Made by a program: the position numbers and the translations under genes. This document shows, in pieces, positions 18,819 to 28,645 of a DNA stretch of 64,000 nucleotides; within the stretch, counting starts at the first letter, position 1; each line of letters starts with the position of its first letter. The notes under the pieces were generated by a model. It saw nothing but the letters and a program-made list of their open reading frames with translations. It did no database searches and was not told the DNA's origin. The stretch is from Spirochaetota bacterium (GTDB lineage Bacteria > Spirochaetota > UBA4802 > UBA5550), in NCBI GenBank assembly GCA_029564515.1, contig JAKQPV010000087.1:106849-170848 (forward strand), in the 5' to 3' direction.

Positions 18819-19980
18819 AGGATTTTTCGGTCGGTATGGAGGACAATTCGTGCCCGAGACGCTCATTCCGGCTCTGGACGGGCTTGAACAAGCATACTGC
18901 GATTTCAAAGCAGATGCCGGCTCGGTGCATGAACTCGAGCGCTACCTGAAGGAATTCGCCGGACGACCGACCCCGGTTTATTATGCGGCGAGTATCTCGG
19001 CCAAATACGGTTTCGATTTATTTTTAAAAAGGGAAGATCTGCTTCATACAGGAGCGCACAAGATCAACAATACGATTGGACAGGCGCTGGTGGCGCGCCG
19101 TATGGGCAAGCGACGCATAATTGCGGAAACAGGCGCCGGTCAGCACGGCGTTGCAACTGCTACCGCGGCCGCGCTCTTCGGTCTTGAATGCTGTATATAC
19201 ATGGGGAGCGTCGATGTTCAACGTCAGATGCCCAATGTGAAAAAGATGCGGCTCCTGGGCGCAGAGGTGGTGCCGGTAGACGACGGACTCAAGACACTCA
19301 AGGATGCCATCAGTGCGGCACTGAGGGACTGGGTCGCCTCGTTCAAAGACACCCATTACCTGATGGGCACCGTTGCAGGACCACATCCGTTTCCGGAGAT
19401 GGTGGCCTTCTTTCACGCAGTCACCGGCCGGGAGGCACGCGAATATTTTCTGGAGAAAGGATACCTCCCCGACACGGTGGTGGCCTGCGTGGGAGGAGGC
19501 AGCAACGCGATGGGCATCTTCCAGGGATTTCTTGACCAGCCGGAAGTTGCGCTCGTCGGCGTGGAAGCCGGCGGAAGGTCGCTCGGTCCCGGGGATAACG
19601 CCGCCACCCTGTCCCAGGGGACCCCGGGCATATTCCAGGGCGCCCTCTCGTACCTGCTTCAGGACGGGCACTGTCAGGTCCAGGACGTGCATTCCGTGTC
19701 AGCGGGCCTGGACTATGCCGGCATAGGACCTCAGCACGCGTTTTTGAAAGACTCGGGCAGGGTGGCCTACACCCACGTATTCGATACAGGTGCCCTTGCC
19801 GCTTTCCACGAGCTTACTCGCCTTGAAGGCATCATGCCGGCACTGGAATCCTCCCACGCGCTGGCCTGGGCCCTGGCCAATGCGAAAGCGCTTTCGGGGA
19901 CACGCGTCCTGGTGAACCTCTCGGGAAGAGGCGACAAGGACCTTGGTATCATAGAGCAGAACATGCGGGAGGCCTTATGA
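18805..19980 (+). CDS. trpB: Tryptophan synthase beta chain
   Basis: PLP-dependent enzyme with the motifs HTGAHKINN and GGGSNA. It overlaps trpF. Confidence 0.92.
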   Translation: MRPDKGFFGRYGGQFVPETLIPALDGLEQAYCDFKADAGSVHELERYLKEFAGRPTPVYYAASISAKYGFDLFLKREDLLHTGAHKINNTIGQALVARRMGKRRIIAETGAGQHGVATATAAALFGLECCIYMGSVDVQRQMPNVKKMRLLGAEVVPVDDGLKTLKDAISAALRDWVASFKDTHYLMGTVAGPHPFPEMVAFFHAVTGREAREYFLEKGYLPDTVVACVGGGSNAMGIFQGFLDQPEVALVGVEAGGRSLGPGDNAATLSQGTPGIFQGALSYLLQDGHCQVQDVHSVSAGLDYAGIGPQHAFLKDSGRVAYTHVFDTGALAAFHELTRLEGIMPALESSHALAWALANAKALSGTRVLVNLSGRGDKDLGIIEQNMREAL

Positions 19981-20690
19981 AAGGCATTTATCTCACCGGG
20001 GGTTATCCGGACAGGAACGGCTTTATCGATTGCTGTAAAATGGTCGCATCAAGCGGTTTTGATTTCATCGAGGCAGGAATTCCCTTCAACGATCCAATTG
20101 CGGATGGCCCGGTTATCGCCGGTGCCATACATGAATCAATTGCAGCCGGAGCGACTCCGGGAACCGTGATGGACGATATCGCATATATTGGTTCCCTGAA
20201 GCTGAAGAAATTCGTCATGACGTACGCCAACATCATTTATTCGTACGGTATCCGGAATTTCTCTGCGAAAATGGCCCCGGTACTGGACGGCATCATCATC
20301 CCGGACCTGCCAAATCGCTTGGCGGACCTTTTTTACGACGGCGGCTTGGACATACCGATCGTTCCCTTCGCGACGCTTGAATCGCGGGAAACGGACATCG
20401 ACAGAATGAACGCGTCACGGAGCGAGATAATCTACTTTATCGGCGTGCGGGGAATTACCGGAGCGAAGTCGGATTTCAGCGCACCCGAGCTGGCAGATAA
20501 AATCGGCATGATACGAAAACGCACCGGGAAAAAAATAATTATAGGGTTTGGCATAAAGACCGGCGCGGACGCCCGGCAGGCCATGGCTATCGGAGACGGC
20601 TTTGTTGTGGGTACAGAGGCGGTACGCAGACAGAAGAACCCTGCAGCGCTGAAAGAATATTTGGATTCATTGAACAACGCGCCGGCGTGA
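19977..20690 (+). CDS. trpA: Tryptophan synthase alpha chain
   Basis: TrpA fold. Its start overlaps the trpB stop as ATGA. Confidence 0.88.
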   Translation: MKGIYLTGGYPDRNGFIDCCKMVASSGFDFIEAGIPFNDPIADGPVIAGAIHESIAAGATPGTVMDDIAYIGSLKLKKFVMTYANIIYSYGIRNFSAKMAPVLDGIIIPDLPNRLADLFYDGGLDIPIVPFATLESRETDIDRMNASRSEIIYFIGVRGITGAKSDFSAPELADKIGMIRKRTGKKIIIGFGIKTGADARQAMAIGDGFVVGTEAVRRQKNPAALKEYLDSLNNAPA

Positions 20691-20737
20691 TGCCGTCCAT
20701 GCACGGCCGAAGTGCCGGCTCGTGTAACGGGAAAATA

Positions 20738-20845
20738 TTACTCGTACTGCTTGTTTTTCTTTTCCAGCTTTGCGAGTTTTTTCTCTTTGTTCGTTTTTTG
20801 CGGCTTCTTCTTATTGTCTTTTTTTGTGTCCTGTGCTTTTGCCAT
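20738..20845 (-). CDS. Possible small lysine-rich protein (35 aa, MAKAQDTKKDNKKKPQKTNKEKKLAKLEKKNKQYE)
   Basis: An ATG-initiated ORF lies in an otherwise empty 330-bp gap, with a weak AGGGA RBS. It is low-GC and low-complexity, so it may not be real. Confidence 0.2.
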   Translation of the reverse strand: MAKAQDTKKDNKKKPQKTNKEKKLAKLEKKNKQYE

Positions 20846-21021
20846 ATGACTATCCCTTGATATTAAGTTTTAATAACTTCACGCCGGGCGTGAATCGCTG
20901 TTGCCGTGCCCTGTCTTTAAAAGGCGGCAACCCCGGCAATAATAAAAAACTCGATTGTAAAAATCAATTATTTATTTGTTCAGGCCAGGATCTCGTCATC
21001 CGCATTCATCAGTGCGGGCCG

Positions 21022-21621
21022 TCAGTTACACCTGTCGAATGTGATCTTTCCCGATGCGCTCCCGCCCCCGGGGAAGGAACATTCAACATCAAGGGCCCCT
21101 TTAACCAGCACGATATCATTAACCATGATACTGGTTCTATCGAGTTTTATTTCATACCGGGTGCAGTACTGAGGGTCAATGATGACTTCCTTGCACTTTT
21201 CGTAGTCAGGCGGCTCGCACGAACCTGGCACTTCCACTTTTAATTGCTTGCCCTTTGCAGGATCAAGGAACGCTACGACGGCCCCGTCCTGTTGTCCTTC
21301 GCCCAGCAATACTGCGCCGAAAAAGCCCAGCCGCTGACCTGAACGGCACTGCCTCGGAACAAAAGTGAAGTTTCCGAGCGGCTCTCCCTTTGACATGAAC
21401 GACCCGGAGACGCTGGAGCAGCCTTTCATCATAAAGAAGGCTCCCGCGACCAGGGCAATATTGAGCGGAATCGTTAAAAGCAGAATTTTTCGTTTCCGGG
21501 CCGTTCCGGGCGCCCGTGTCGCTGCTGCTGGCGGGATGTCCGCAAGCGGTGCGCCGCAGGCACTGCAGTAGCGGGCATCGTCCTCAACAATCTGGTGTTT
21601 GCATATCTGACACTGGCGCAT
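21022..21621 (-). CDS. Zinc-ribbon domain membrane protein (hypothetical)
   Basis: An N-terminal CxxC...CxxC double zinc ribbon is followed by a TM helix and a C-terminal extracytoplasmic domain. Confidence 0.55.
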   Translation of the reverse strand: MRQCQICKHQIVEDDARYCSACGAPLADIPPAAATRAPGTARKRKILLLTIPLNIALVAGAFFMMKGCSSVSGSFMSKGEPLGNFTFVPRQCRSGQRLGFFGAVLLGEGQQDGAVVAFLDPAKGKQLKVEVPGSCEPPDYEKCKEVIIDPQYCTRYEIKLDRTSIMVNDIVLVKGALDVECSFPGGGSASGKITFDRCN

Positions 21622-21876
21622 AGTAATCCTCCTGATATTGCCGCCGCGATCTGTCCTGCAGCGGATTGCATGCTTGTCATCATGCCGGACAATTATATAA
21701 CAGGGACAACAGGATTAAACACGTGCATCCTCTCACTGAACAATGAATAATTCAATAACAATTTAATAGTTAACATTTCGCGGGTATTGAAATGGACGTA
21801 TTCAGACATTTGGCCGGTTACTTATTCCTTGACATATTGAGGCAGGGTGACAATCTCTTCAGCGGAGTGAACCTCT

Positions 21877-23274
21877 ATGAAAGCTTACCAGGAAATAGCA
21901 TCAGCACTGTCCCATCTCATCGGAGAAAATAAAGTCTGCACCAACTGCGATATTCTCGAGACCTACTCCCGTGACGAGACTTCTGACCTGACCGCCATGC
22001 CGGACATCCTGGTCCGGGCTGGAACCGTCGATGACGTGAGCCGCACCCTTAAATTCTGCAACGATAACGGCATTCCGGTCATCCCGCGCGGCGCAGGCAC
22101 CGGGGTCACCGGAGGAGCAGTGCCCGTCATGGGCGGCGTTGTCCTTTCCCTGGAAAAAATGAACCGGATCTTAGAGATCGACCGGGAGAACATGGTGGCA
22201 CTGGTGGAGCCGGGAGCCATAACCCGTGACATCCAGGAAGCGGCGCGGGCCGAAGGCCTGATGTACCCGCCGGACCCGGCAAGCCTGGACTCCTGCTCAA
22301 TCGGCGGGAACGTGGCTGAAAACGCCGGCGGGCCGCGGGCCGTCAAGTACGGCGTCACCAAGGATTACGTCCTGGGGCTCGAGTTCGTCCTCCCCGACGG
22401 CAGCGTCATAACCACGGGGGGCAAAATCGTGAAGAACGCCACCGGCTACAATCTCCAGGGCATTCTCATCGGGTCCGAGGGGACCCTGGCGGTGGTGACG
22501 AAGATATACCTGCGCCTCATTCCGGCCCCTCTTCACTCGATAGACATCCTGATACCCTTTCCCTCACTGGACGATGCAGCGGCTGCGGTATACTCGATAC
22601 TGACAAACCGCATTGTTCCCGGGACCATCGAGTTCATGGAACGCGACGCCATCCTCCTTGTAGCGAAGTCGCTCGGCCGCGAGGTGCCTTTCCCCGACGC
22701 GGGGGCCCACCTCCTCATCCAGATCGACGGCCCCTCCGAGGAGCAGGTCCACCGCGACCTGGAAACGATCGGCTCCCTCATCGCAGTAGACCCGTCCGCC
22801 ATCATCGTCGCAGATTCGCCGCTGCAGCGCGAGCGTCTCTGGAAAACACGACGCTCGATCCGAGAGGCGATCCATGCGGAGAGCCCCGTGTTCCTTGCCG
22901 AGGACTGCGTTGTTCCCCGGTCAAAGATCCCGGAGTTTCTGGTAGAGCTGAAAAAGCATTTTACCGCGAAAGGGCTGAGATCCGTCATGTTCGGTCATGC
23001 CGGTGACGGGAACGTCCATATCGATGTTCTCAAGGGCGGTATGGATTACGAGGCATGGAAAAACGGCCTTCCGGATCTCAAGAGGGAGATATATCGCCGC
23101 GCAATCGCCCTCGGCGGCACCATCACCGGAGAGCACGGGATCGGTTTTATCCGGAAGGACTATCTCCACCTGGCCCTGTCACAGGCGGAGATAGAATTAT
23201 TGAAGCGGATCAAGCGTGCCTTCGACCCGAAGGGGATTATGAATCCGGGCAAGGTATTCGACGATCCGGATTAA
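21877..23274 (+). CDS. FAD-linked oxidase (GlcD / D-lactate dehydrogenase family)
   Basis: Has an FAD-binding PCMH domain (RGAGTGVTGGAVP) and a C-terminal oxidase domain. Confidence 0.85.
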   Translation: MKAYQEIASALSHLIGENKVCTNCDILETYSRDETSDLTAMPDILVRAGTVDDVSRTLKFCNDNGIPVIPRGAGTGVTGGAVPVMGGVVLSLEKMNRILEIDRENMVALVEPGAITRDIQEAARAEGLMYPPDPASLDSCSIGGNVAENAGGPRAVKYGVTKDYVLGLEFVLPDGSVITTGGKIVKNATGYNLQGILIGSEGTLAVVTKIYLRLIPAPLHSIDILIPFPSLDDAAAAVYSILTNRIVPGTIEFMERDAILLVAKSLGREVPFPDAGAHLLIQIDGPSEEQVHRDLETIGSLIAVDPSAIIVADSPLQRERLWKTRRSIREAIHAESPVFLAEDCVVPRSKIPEFLVELKKHFTAKGLRSVMFGHAGDGNVHIDVLKGGMDYEAWKNGLPDLKREIYRRAIALGGTITGEHGIGFIRKDYLHLALSQAEIELLKRIKRAFDPKGIMNPGKVFDDPD

Positions 23275-23275
23275 A

Positions 23276-23758
23276 TCAGAGGCTTCCGATCGTTGTAACG
23301 ATCTTCGGCCCACCTGATGCCGGCTTTATGATCGGTATCGGCGCGGGAAGCCCGGCAACACCGTCCTTCTTTGCAATCCATATCTTGTATCTGGTCCCCT
23401 CGAACAGGGTCGGTCCGTACCCGTCATAATCGTTATCCGTTACCTGAACCCTCGTTATCACCGCCGGAACCTTATAGAATTTCGCGTTCTGGTAGTCCTT
23501 CTTAAGGCTGAATTGAAACACATCGTCGGAAATGCCGCCGTTATGGGAAAGCATGTGTCCGGCCGAAATGGCGGCCATTCTTTTCGCGCACTCCTCAAGG
23601 GTGGGGCTGGTTGTCAGGATTGACAGGTATTTATTCAGGACCTCTATGACATCACGGGGCACTTCCCGCGCCGTTATCTCTTTCCGTCCGGCATTGACGG
23701 AAACGGCAAACAGCAGGGAGAGGGCAATAACAGCGACATGAATAACGCGTGGTTTCAT
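23276..23758 (-). CDS. Secreted hypothetical protein
   Basis: Has a signal peptide (MKPRVIHVAVIALSLLFAVSVNA). I recognise no family. Confidence 0.5.
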   Translation of the reverse strand: MKPRVIHVAVIALSLLFAVSVNAGRKEITAREVPRDVIEVLNKYLSILTTSPTLEECAKRMAAISAGHMLSHNGGISDDVFQFSLKKDYQNAKFYKVPAVITRVQVTDNDYDGYGPTLFEGTRYKIWIAKKDGVAGLPAPIPIIKPASGGPKIVTTIGSL

Positions 23759-23988
23759 TAATGTTCTCCTTTTGGGGTTTTAGTATATCCGGGGATCATC
23801 CCGTGGCCCGTGTGTTCAGGACACCGGAACGTTTATTATACTGACAGGATTCGTGTAAATATCAATACTTTTTTTCCTTATTCGATTTTAACCCTGGCGG
23901 GAGGGCCCGTCCGCGAAATATTCTTCTTGCAAAAATATCATCTCATCAATACATATACCAGCACCATACACGGGCAAGGAGCGGGATT

Positions 23989-24852
23989 ATGAACAAGGCA
24001 TCAATAGGTGTCATTGGCGGATCCGGTCTGTACGAGATCGAGGGAGCGAAAACAATAGAGGAGCTGGACATCACAACTCCATGGGGCAATCCCTCTGACA
24101 CGATCCACATAGCCGATGTCGAGGGATTCCGGGTTGCTTTTATACCCCGCCATGGCAGGGGCCATTTCATTCTTCCCCACGAAGTCAATTACCGGGCCAA
24201 TATCGCGGCCATGAAAATGATCGGTGTCAGGGAAATCATAGCATTTTCAGCAGTGGGGAGTCTGAAAGAAGAGATCCGACCGCTCGACTTTGTCCTCCCG
24301 GACCAGATCATTGACCGGACCGTCAGCAGGCAAAGCACCTTTTTCGGGAACGGGGTTGCGGCTCACATTCCGTTCGGTCATCCCTTCTGCGCCCGTCTTC
24401 ACGGCGTGATAACAAACGCGGCCCATTCCATGGAACTGGTCATGCACACCGATCAGACTCTCATCTGCATGGAAGGTCCCGCCTTTTCGACCAAGGCCGA
24501 GAGCAATCTCTACCGGTCATGGGGAGCCGGCGTCATCAACATGAGCACCCTGCCCGAAGCCAAGCTTGCACGTGAAGCGGAAATCTGTTACGCAGTCGTC
24601 TGCATGAGCACGGATTATGACTGCTGGCATGAAACGGAGGAGCATGTTACCATCGATATGGTGATCAAAAACCTCACCACGAACGCGGGAAACGCGAAAA
24701 AGCTTCTGAAACTGGTACTGGAAAGCCTGGGACGCGAACGGGACTGCACCTGCCCGGAAGCGTCAAAATTCGCCATTATAACCGACGACCGGAAAAGGAA
24801 CAAGGGCCAGATAGGAAAGCTGAAGGCGATACTGCCCGACTACTTCAACTGA
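23989..24852 (+). CDS. mtnP: S-methyl-5'-thioadenosine phosphorylase
   Basis: PNP/MTAP family with the N-terminal phosphate-binding motif IGVIGGSGL. Confidence 0.85.
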   Translation: MNKASIGVIGGSGLYEIEGAKTIEELDITTPWGNPSDTIHIADVEGFRVAFIPRHGRGHFILPHEVNYRANIAAMKMIGVREIIAFSAVGSLKEEIRPLDFVLPDQIIDRTVSRQSTFFGNGVAAHIPFGHPFCARLHGVITNAAHSMELVMHTDQTLICMEGPAFSTKAESNLYRSWGAGVINMSTLPEAKLAREAEICYAVVCMSTDYDCWHETEEHVTIDMVIKNLTTNAGNAKKLLKLVLESLGRERDCTCPEASKFAIITDDRKRNKGQIGKLKAILPDYFN

Positions 24853-24874
24853 CAGGCCGGGGCCCCGCTCGCCG

Positions 24875-25987
24875 TCAGAGGTGCTCGTATACATACTTCT
24901 TCAAAACGTTTACCGCGCTGGGCGACATGTCCTGGAACTTGATGGTATAGTACATGGCGCCACCCTCCTCAACGGTCTTCGTAGCAATGATCTGCGATAC
25001 GATCTTGAAGGCGAAATCCATCGCCGTAAACTCAAGATAATAGAGGCTGCTGAAATCAAGCTTTTCGGGAATGCGGACAACAGCCTCGTAATCATTGATC
25101 TTGTAGACGGTACAGTCCATCCTGTCCTCCGTCGTATCGTCCACGACCATCGCCTCTTCATCGGAAAGTATATCCTTCTCGCCCTGCTCGTCTCTCTCGA
25201 TGATCTCCTCCAGTTCCTCCAGTTCCTTATCCTTGAGCGGTGTAAGGATCTTAGAAAGCTGCGCGGGGATGATCACGTCGATATAGGGGTGGCGCGACTC
25301 CTCCTTCCTGTCCAGGCCGGCAGGGACATCCACATGCAGAGTCGCCCCTTCACGACCGGTGATAGATGATGTGAATTCATATTCAGCATCGCCGACCCGG
25401 AAGATCTGGAATGAAACCGGCTTTTTCAGCGGGATCCCTGCCAGGTCAGCAGGCCTTCCGAAAATAGTCAGGTACAGACTCTTGTTGTCCCTTGAAGCGA
25501 TTTTACCCAGGAACGCCCTGCCCGGAACCGGGGAAAAATAGATGAGTTGCTCTCTGTCAACATCCGTAATGCTTTTCAGAGGCTTTTTAGCAATTGTATT
25601 ATAATAGAGCTTGTCATATATGGATGTGATGTCGCGGCACATCATGAGCTGGGATTCCTCGCTCTCATTGGTCGTGCGCGCATGGGTCAGGAACTTGCCG
25701 ATCGCAGATTCAAAATATTCCGGATCATCGAAAAGCTGATTGGGGTTGGAGAATTCCAGTATTTCAAGAAGGTTGTTGATGATTTTAATCTGGAAATTCG
25801 AAAGCCCCAGCCGCTTTAATCTAAAGAGGAACAGCTGCTCTTCATGGACCCTCTTGTATTTAAGCCTCTGGAGCAGCTTGGCAATGATGATAAAGGCGAT
25901 CGGCACCATAAGCAGGCCGAGAACAAGGAGAACATCCTCCGCCGATGCTTTATACCACGTTATACCCAGTACCGTTTGAATATCCAC
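24875..25987 (-). CDS. Hypothetical membrane-anchored protein
   Basis: An N-terminal TM helix is followed by two beta-rich domains and an acidic linker. I assign no family. Confidence 0.5.
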   Translation of the reverse strand: MDIQTVLGITWYKASAEDVLLVLGLLMVPIAFIIIAKLLQRLKYKRVHEEQLFLFRLKRLGLSNFQIKIINNLLEILEFSNPNQLFDDPEYFESAIGKFLTHARTTNESEESQLMMCRDITSIYDKLYYNTIAKKPLKSITDVDREQLIYFSPVPGRAFLGKIASRDNKSLYLTIFGRPADLAGIPLKKPVSFQIFRVGDAEYEFTSSITGREGATLHVDVPAGLDRKEESRHPYIDVIIPAQLSKILTPLKDKELEELEEIIERDEQGEKDILSDEEAMVVDDTTEDRMDCTVYKINDYEAVVRIPEKLDFSSLYYLEFTAMDFAFKIVSQIIATKTVEEGGAMYYTIKFQDMSPSAVNVLKKYVYEHL

Positions 25988-26207
25988 GATTCGGCTCCTT
26001 GCTCCCGTTCAGCCGGGACCGGAAATCATGTCCGTATCATGATCATACTTCTTCCGGGGGCATTGATGCGACTATTTTAAAGTAAAAGAATTATTTTACA
26101 AAGTCAAACAAAAAATTATTGCTGCATATAGACGTTTCAGATATGGTTCTGATATCGCATATCATCACCCGGAGAAACCGGGTTTCGGGTCAACACGGCA
26201 TAACAGC

Positions 26208-27047
26208 ATGATTATTGACTTTCATACTCATATATTCAGCCCCGACGTATGCGCCGACCGTACGCCATTTCTCAACGACCGGCAGTTTCGCCTCCTTTAT
26301 GATTCCGGCCAGGCGCGTCTCGTCGACCATCGCGGCCTTGAGGAGGAAATGCATTCCTCGGGAGTGCAGCGTGCAGTCGCAATGGGTTTCCCCTGGGAAC
26401 GCGAGGACCATTGCGCTGCCCAGAACGACTATTTTCGCGGCGTCCACGACGAATCCGGCGGAAAAATCCTTCCCTTCGGGTCGGTCCCGGTCAGCGGCAC
26501 TGCCGATATACGGACATGGGTGCGGGATATCAGAAAAGCAGGGCTGGCCGGCGTTGGAGAAGTAGGCTTTTATCGCGACGGCATGAGTCCCGCAAACATT
26601 GAGCTGCTTCGCCGCCTGCTCGCCGCAGTATCCGAAGAGGGCCTTCCCCTCTGCCTGCATGTGAACGAGCCTGTCGGCCACTACTACCCCGGGAAGTACG
26701 ATCCCCGTTTGGGAGAGATGTATGCCGCAGTCGCAGACCATCCTGAAGCGACAGTTATATTTTCCCACTGGGGAGGGGGGCTTCTCTTTTACGAGCTCAT
26801 GCCGGAGGTATCTAAAGCGCTTAAAAATTGTTATTACGACACGGCGGCCTCGCCGTATCTTTATACTGAAGGGATCTATGGGGCCGCGGTGAAAATGATC
26901 GGACCGGGAAGGATTCTTTTCGGGAGCGATTACCCACTCCTGTCACCCGCACGGTATCTGGGACCGATTGGTAAATGCATCGCTGACAGGGAAGCGCGGG
27001 CCGCTATTCTCGGCGAAAACGCGGCCCGTGTTCTGAAGATCAGGTGA
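26208..27047 (+). CDS. Amidohydrolase family (TIM-barrel metal-dependent hydrolase)
   Basis: The N-terminus MIIDFHTHIF supplies the HxH metal ligands. Confidence 0.75.
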   Translation: MIIDFHTHIFSPDVCADRTPFLNDRQFRLLYDSGQARLVDHRGLEEEMHSSGVQRAVAMGFPWEREDHCAAQNDYFRGVHDESGGKILPFGSVPVSGTADIRTWVRDIRKAGLAGVGEVGFYRDGMSPANIELLRRLLAAVSEEGLPLCLHVNEPVGHYYPGKYDPRLGEMYAAVADHPEATVIFSHWGGGLLFYELMPEVSKALKNCYYDTAASPYLYTEGIYGAAVKMIGPGRILFGSDYPLLSPARYLGPIGKCIADREARAAILGENAARVLKIR

Positions 27048-28206
27048 ATAATTTTACCGCCCCGGTAATTGCAAACGCCACGCCAGCGATGACCCACGCC
27101 GCTACCGCTGCAAGGATGACCCATACCAGCACTGCAGTACGGTTTATGGACCGACCCGGGTTCGATTCCATGATTGCGACAGCGACAGACGACAGCGTCT
27201 GCCACAGCGAGACAATATAGCCTCCGAAGAAAAGTAAAAGCACGCCGGAAAACAGGAATACCAGCAGCATGCCCGCCTGCGCGTCAAGCGGCAGTGTCCC
27301 CGTCAAACCGGGGACCAGTGATGACAGGTCACCAGTCAGAAGTCCGCTCTTTGTGAGGGCGGATCCAGCACCGGCAGAGGAAGCAAACCCGGCAAGGAAG
27401 AGGATGCCCGCAACCGGTATAAAGAGCAGCAGCACCGCGAACACCCCGGAGAGAATCCGTATCAGGATCAGATAGAGAGGTATGTTAATATTTTCCCGTG
27501 TGAAGAATTTCAGGATGCCGGCACAGGTGCCGCCAACAGTCCCGGGATGGGCGGCAATGTAGGCCATCACCAGATTCTTAAGCATCTGCACCAGTACCAG
27601 CGCCACGAAAAGAAGGATCAGGGCGGGATAGGTGACGCCGACGTACAGGAGACGGCCGTTGCCGATCAAGAGAGGGGGAAGCACAATGAGGATACAGGCG
27701 GCAGGCAGGCCGACAGATAACAGGCTCACTGTTTTGAGATCGTTAAGAATACCGTCAACCGCCTCCCCGTACCGGAGATCGACGCCCATTTCCATCCTGT
27801 GATCATTGTTCTTGGAAATGAGGTACAGGCTCACGTCAAATATAAAGACACACAGAAGCCCGATAATTACCGCGATAGACAGGCCCAGGACCGGCATCTC
27901 TGAAAGAAGCGCAGGGAAAAGCGATGCCACGGCCATGGAGCACGCCACCAGCAGGCCGATGGCGAGCAGGGCAATCATCGATACGAGGCAATTCCTCAGG
28001 TTGAATGACAGGCGCAGGCCCTCAAGAATATCACCCGCCGACATGAGAGCGTCTTTCAGCGGGCGGGTGCCTGTTGCGCGTGCCGCCCGCGGTCTGACCA
28101 CAACCCTCTCGCCGCACGAGTCGCAGGCGAAATAGGCAAGCCGATCCGCGAGCCGATCATCAGGTATGATGTATTTCCGGGAACAGCCGGGGCAGCGTAT
28201 CTCCAT
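27040..28206 (-). CDS. Zinc-ribbon polytopic membrane protein (hypothetical)
   Basis: An N-terminal CPGC...CDSC zinc ribbon is followed by about 8 TM helices. Confidence 0.55.
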   Translation of the reverse strand: MEIRCPGCSRKYIIPDDRLADRLAYFACDSCGERVVVRPRAARATGTRPLKDALMSAGDILEGLRLSFNLRNCLVSMIALLAIGLLVACSMAVASLFPALLSEMPVLGLSIAVIIGLLCVFIFDVSLYLISKNNDHRMEMGVDLRYGEAVDGILNDLKTVSLLSVGLPAACILIVLPPLLIGNGRLLYVGVTYPALILLFVALVLVQMLKNLVMAYIAAHPGTVGGTCAGILKFFTRENINIPLYLILIRILSGVFAVLLLFIPVAGILFLAGFASSAGAGSALTKSGLLTGDLSSLVPGLTGTLPLDAQAGMLLVFLFSGVLLLFFGGYIVSLWQTLSSVAVAIMESNPGRSINRTAVLVWVILAAVAAWVIAGVAFAITGAVKLFT

Positions 28207-28223
28207 AGAGAGTAATTACCGCC

Positions 28224-28508
28224 TTACTTGGCGTCCTTGTTCTGCTCCTGGAGATGGAGCTCACCAAGCTTTTCCTTGAGAGACGGGTCCTTCTCGACCT
28301 TATCGAACATGTCCTTGTATTGCTCGTAGGTATACCCGTATTGTTTTGCAACCCCTTCGACCTTGGCCCTGTCCAGTTCCGGATTAGGCAGGTTTATCTC
28401 CGACTCTATCTTCGCGTAATCTTCGAGGGTGATTTCTTTTTTCATTTTGCAGGAAACCGCACACGCGGCGACCAGGGCTACAACCAGTATAATGTTAAAA
28501 TAACGCAT
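28224..28508 (-). CDS. Small lipoprotein (hypothetical)
   Basis: Has a signal peptide with the lipobox LVAAC. Confidence 0.5.
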   Translation of the reverse strand: MRYFNIILVVALVAACAVSCKMKKEITLEDYAKIESEINLPNPELDRAKVEGVAKQYGYTYEQYKDMFDKVEKDPSLKEKLGELHLQEQNKDAK

Positions 28509-28645
28509 ACATCCTCCTTGTCATCATGATGTGAGTGCACGCAATGCGAGGTACGGCCGGTATCGCGTATTGCGTTCTTTATATAACAATAGTTTTAATG
28601 GATGTCAAGGATTAATATTTTTTTCATGTCGGGACCGTATGTCAA

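Noticed and set aside
18255-18908. 217-aa minus-strand ORF
   Set aside because: It is antisense to trpF and trpB.
24875-25987. PilZ / c-di-GMP receptor assignment for the 370-aa membrane protein
   Set aside because: I could not find the RxxxR...DxSxxG motifs, so it is left as hypothetical.
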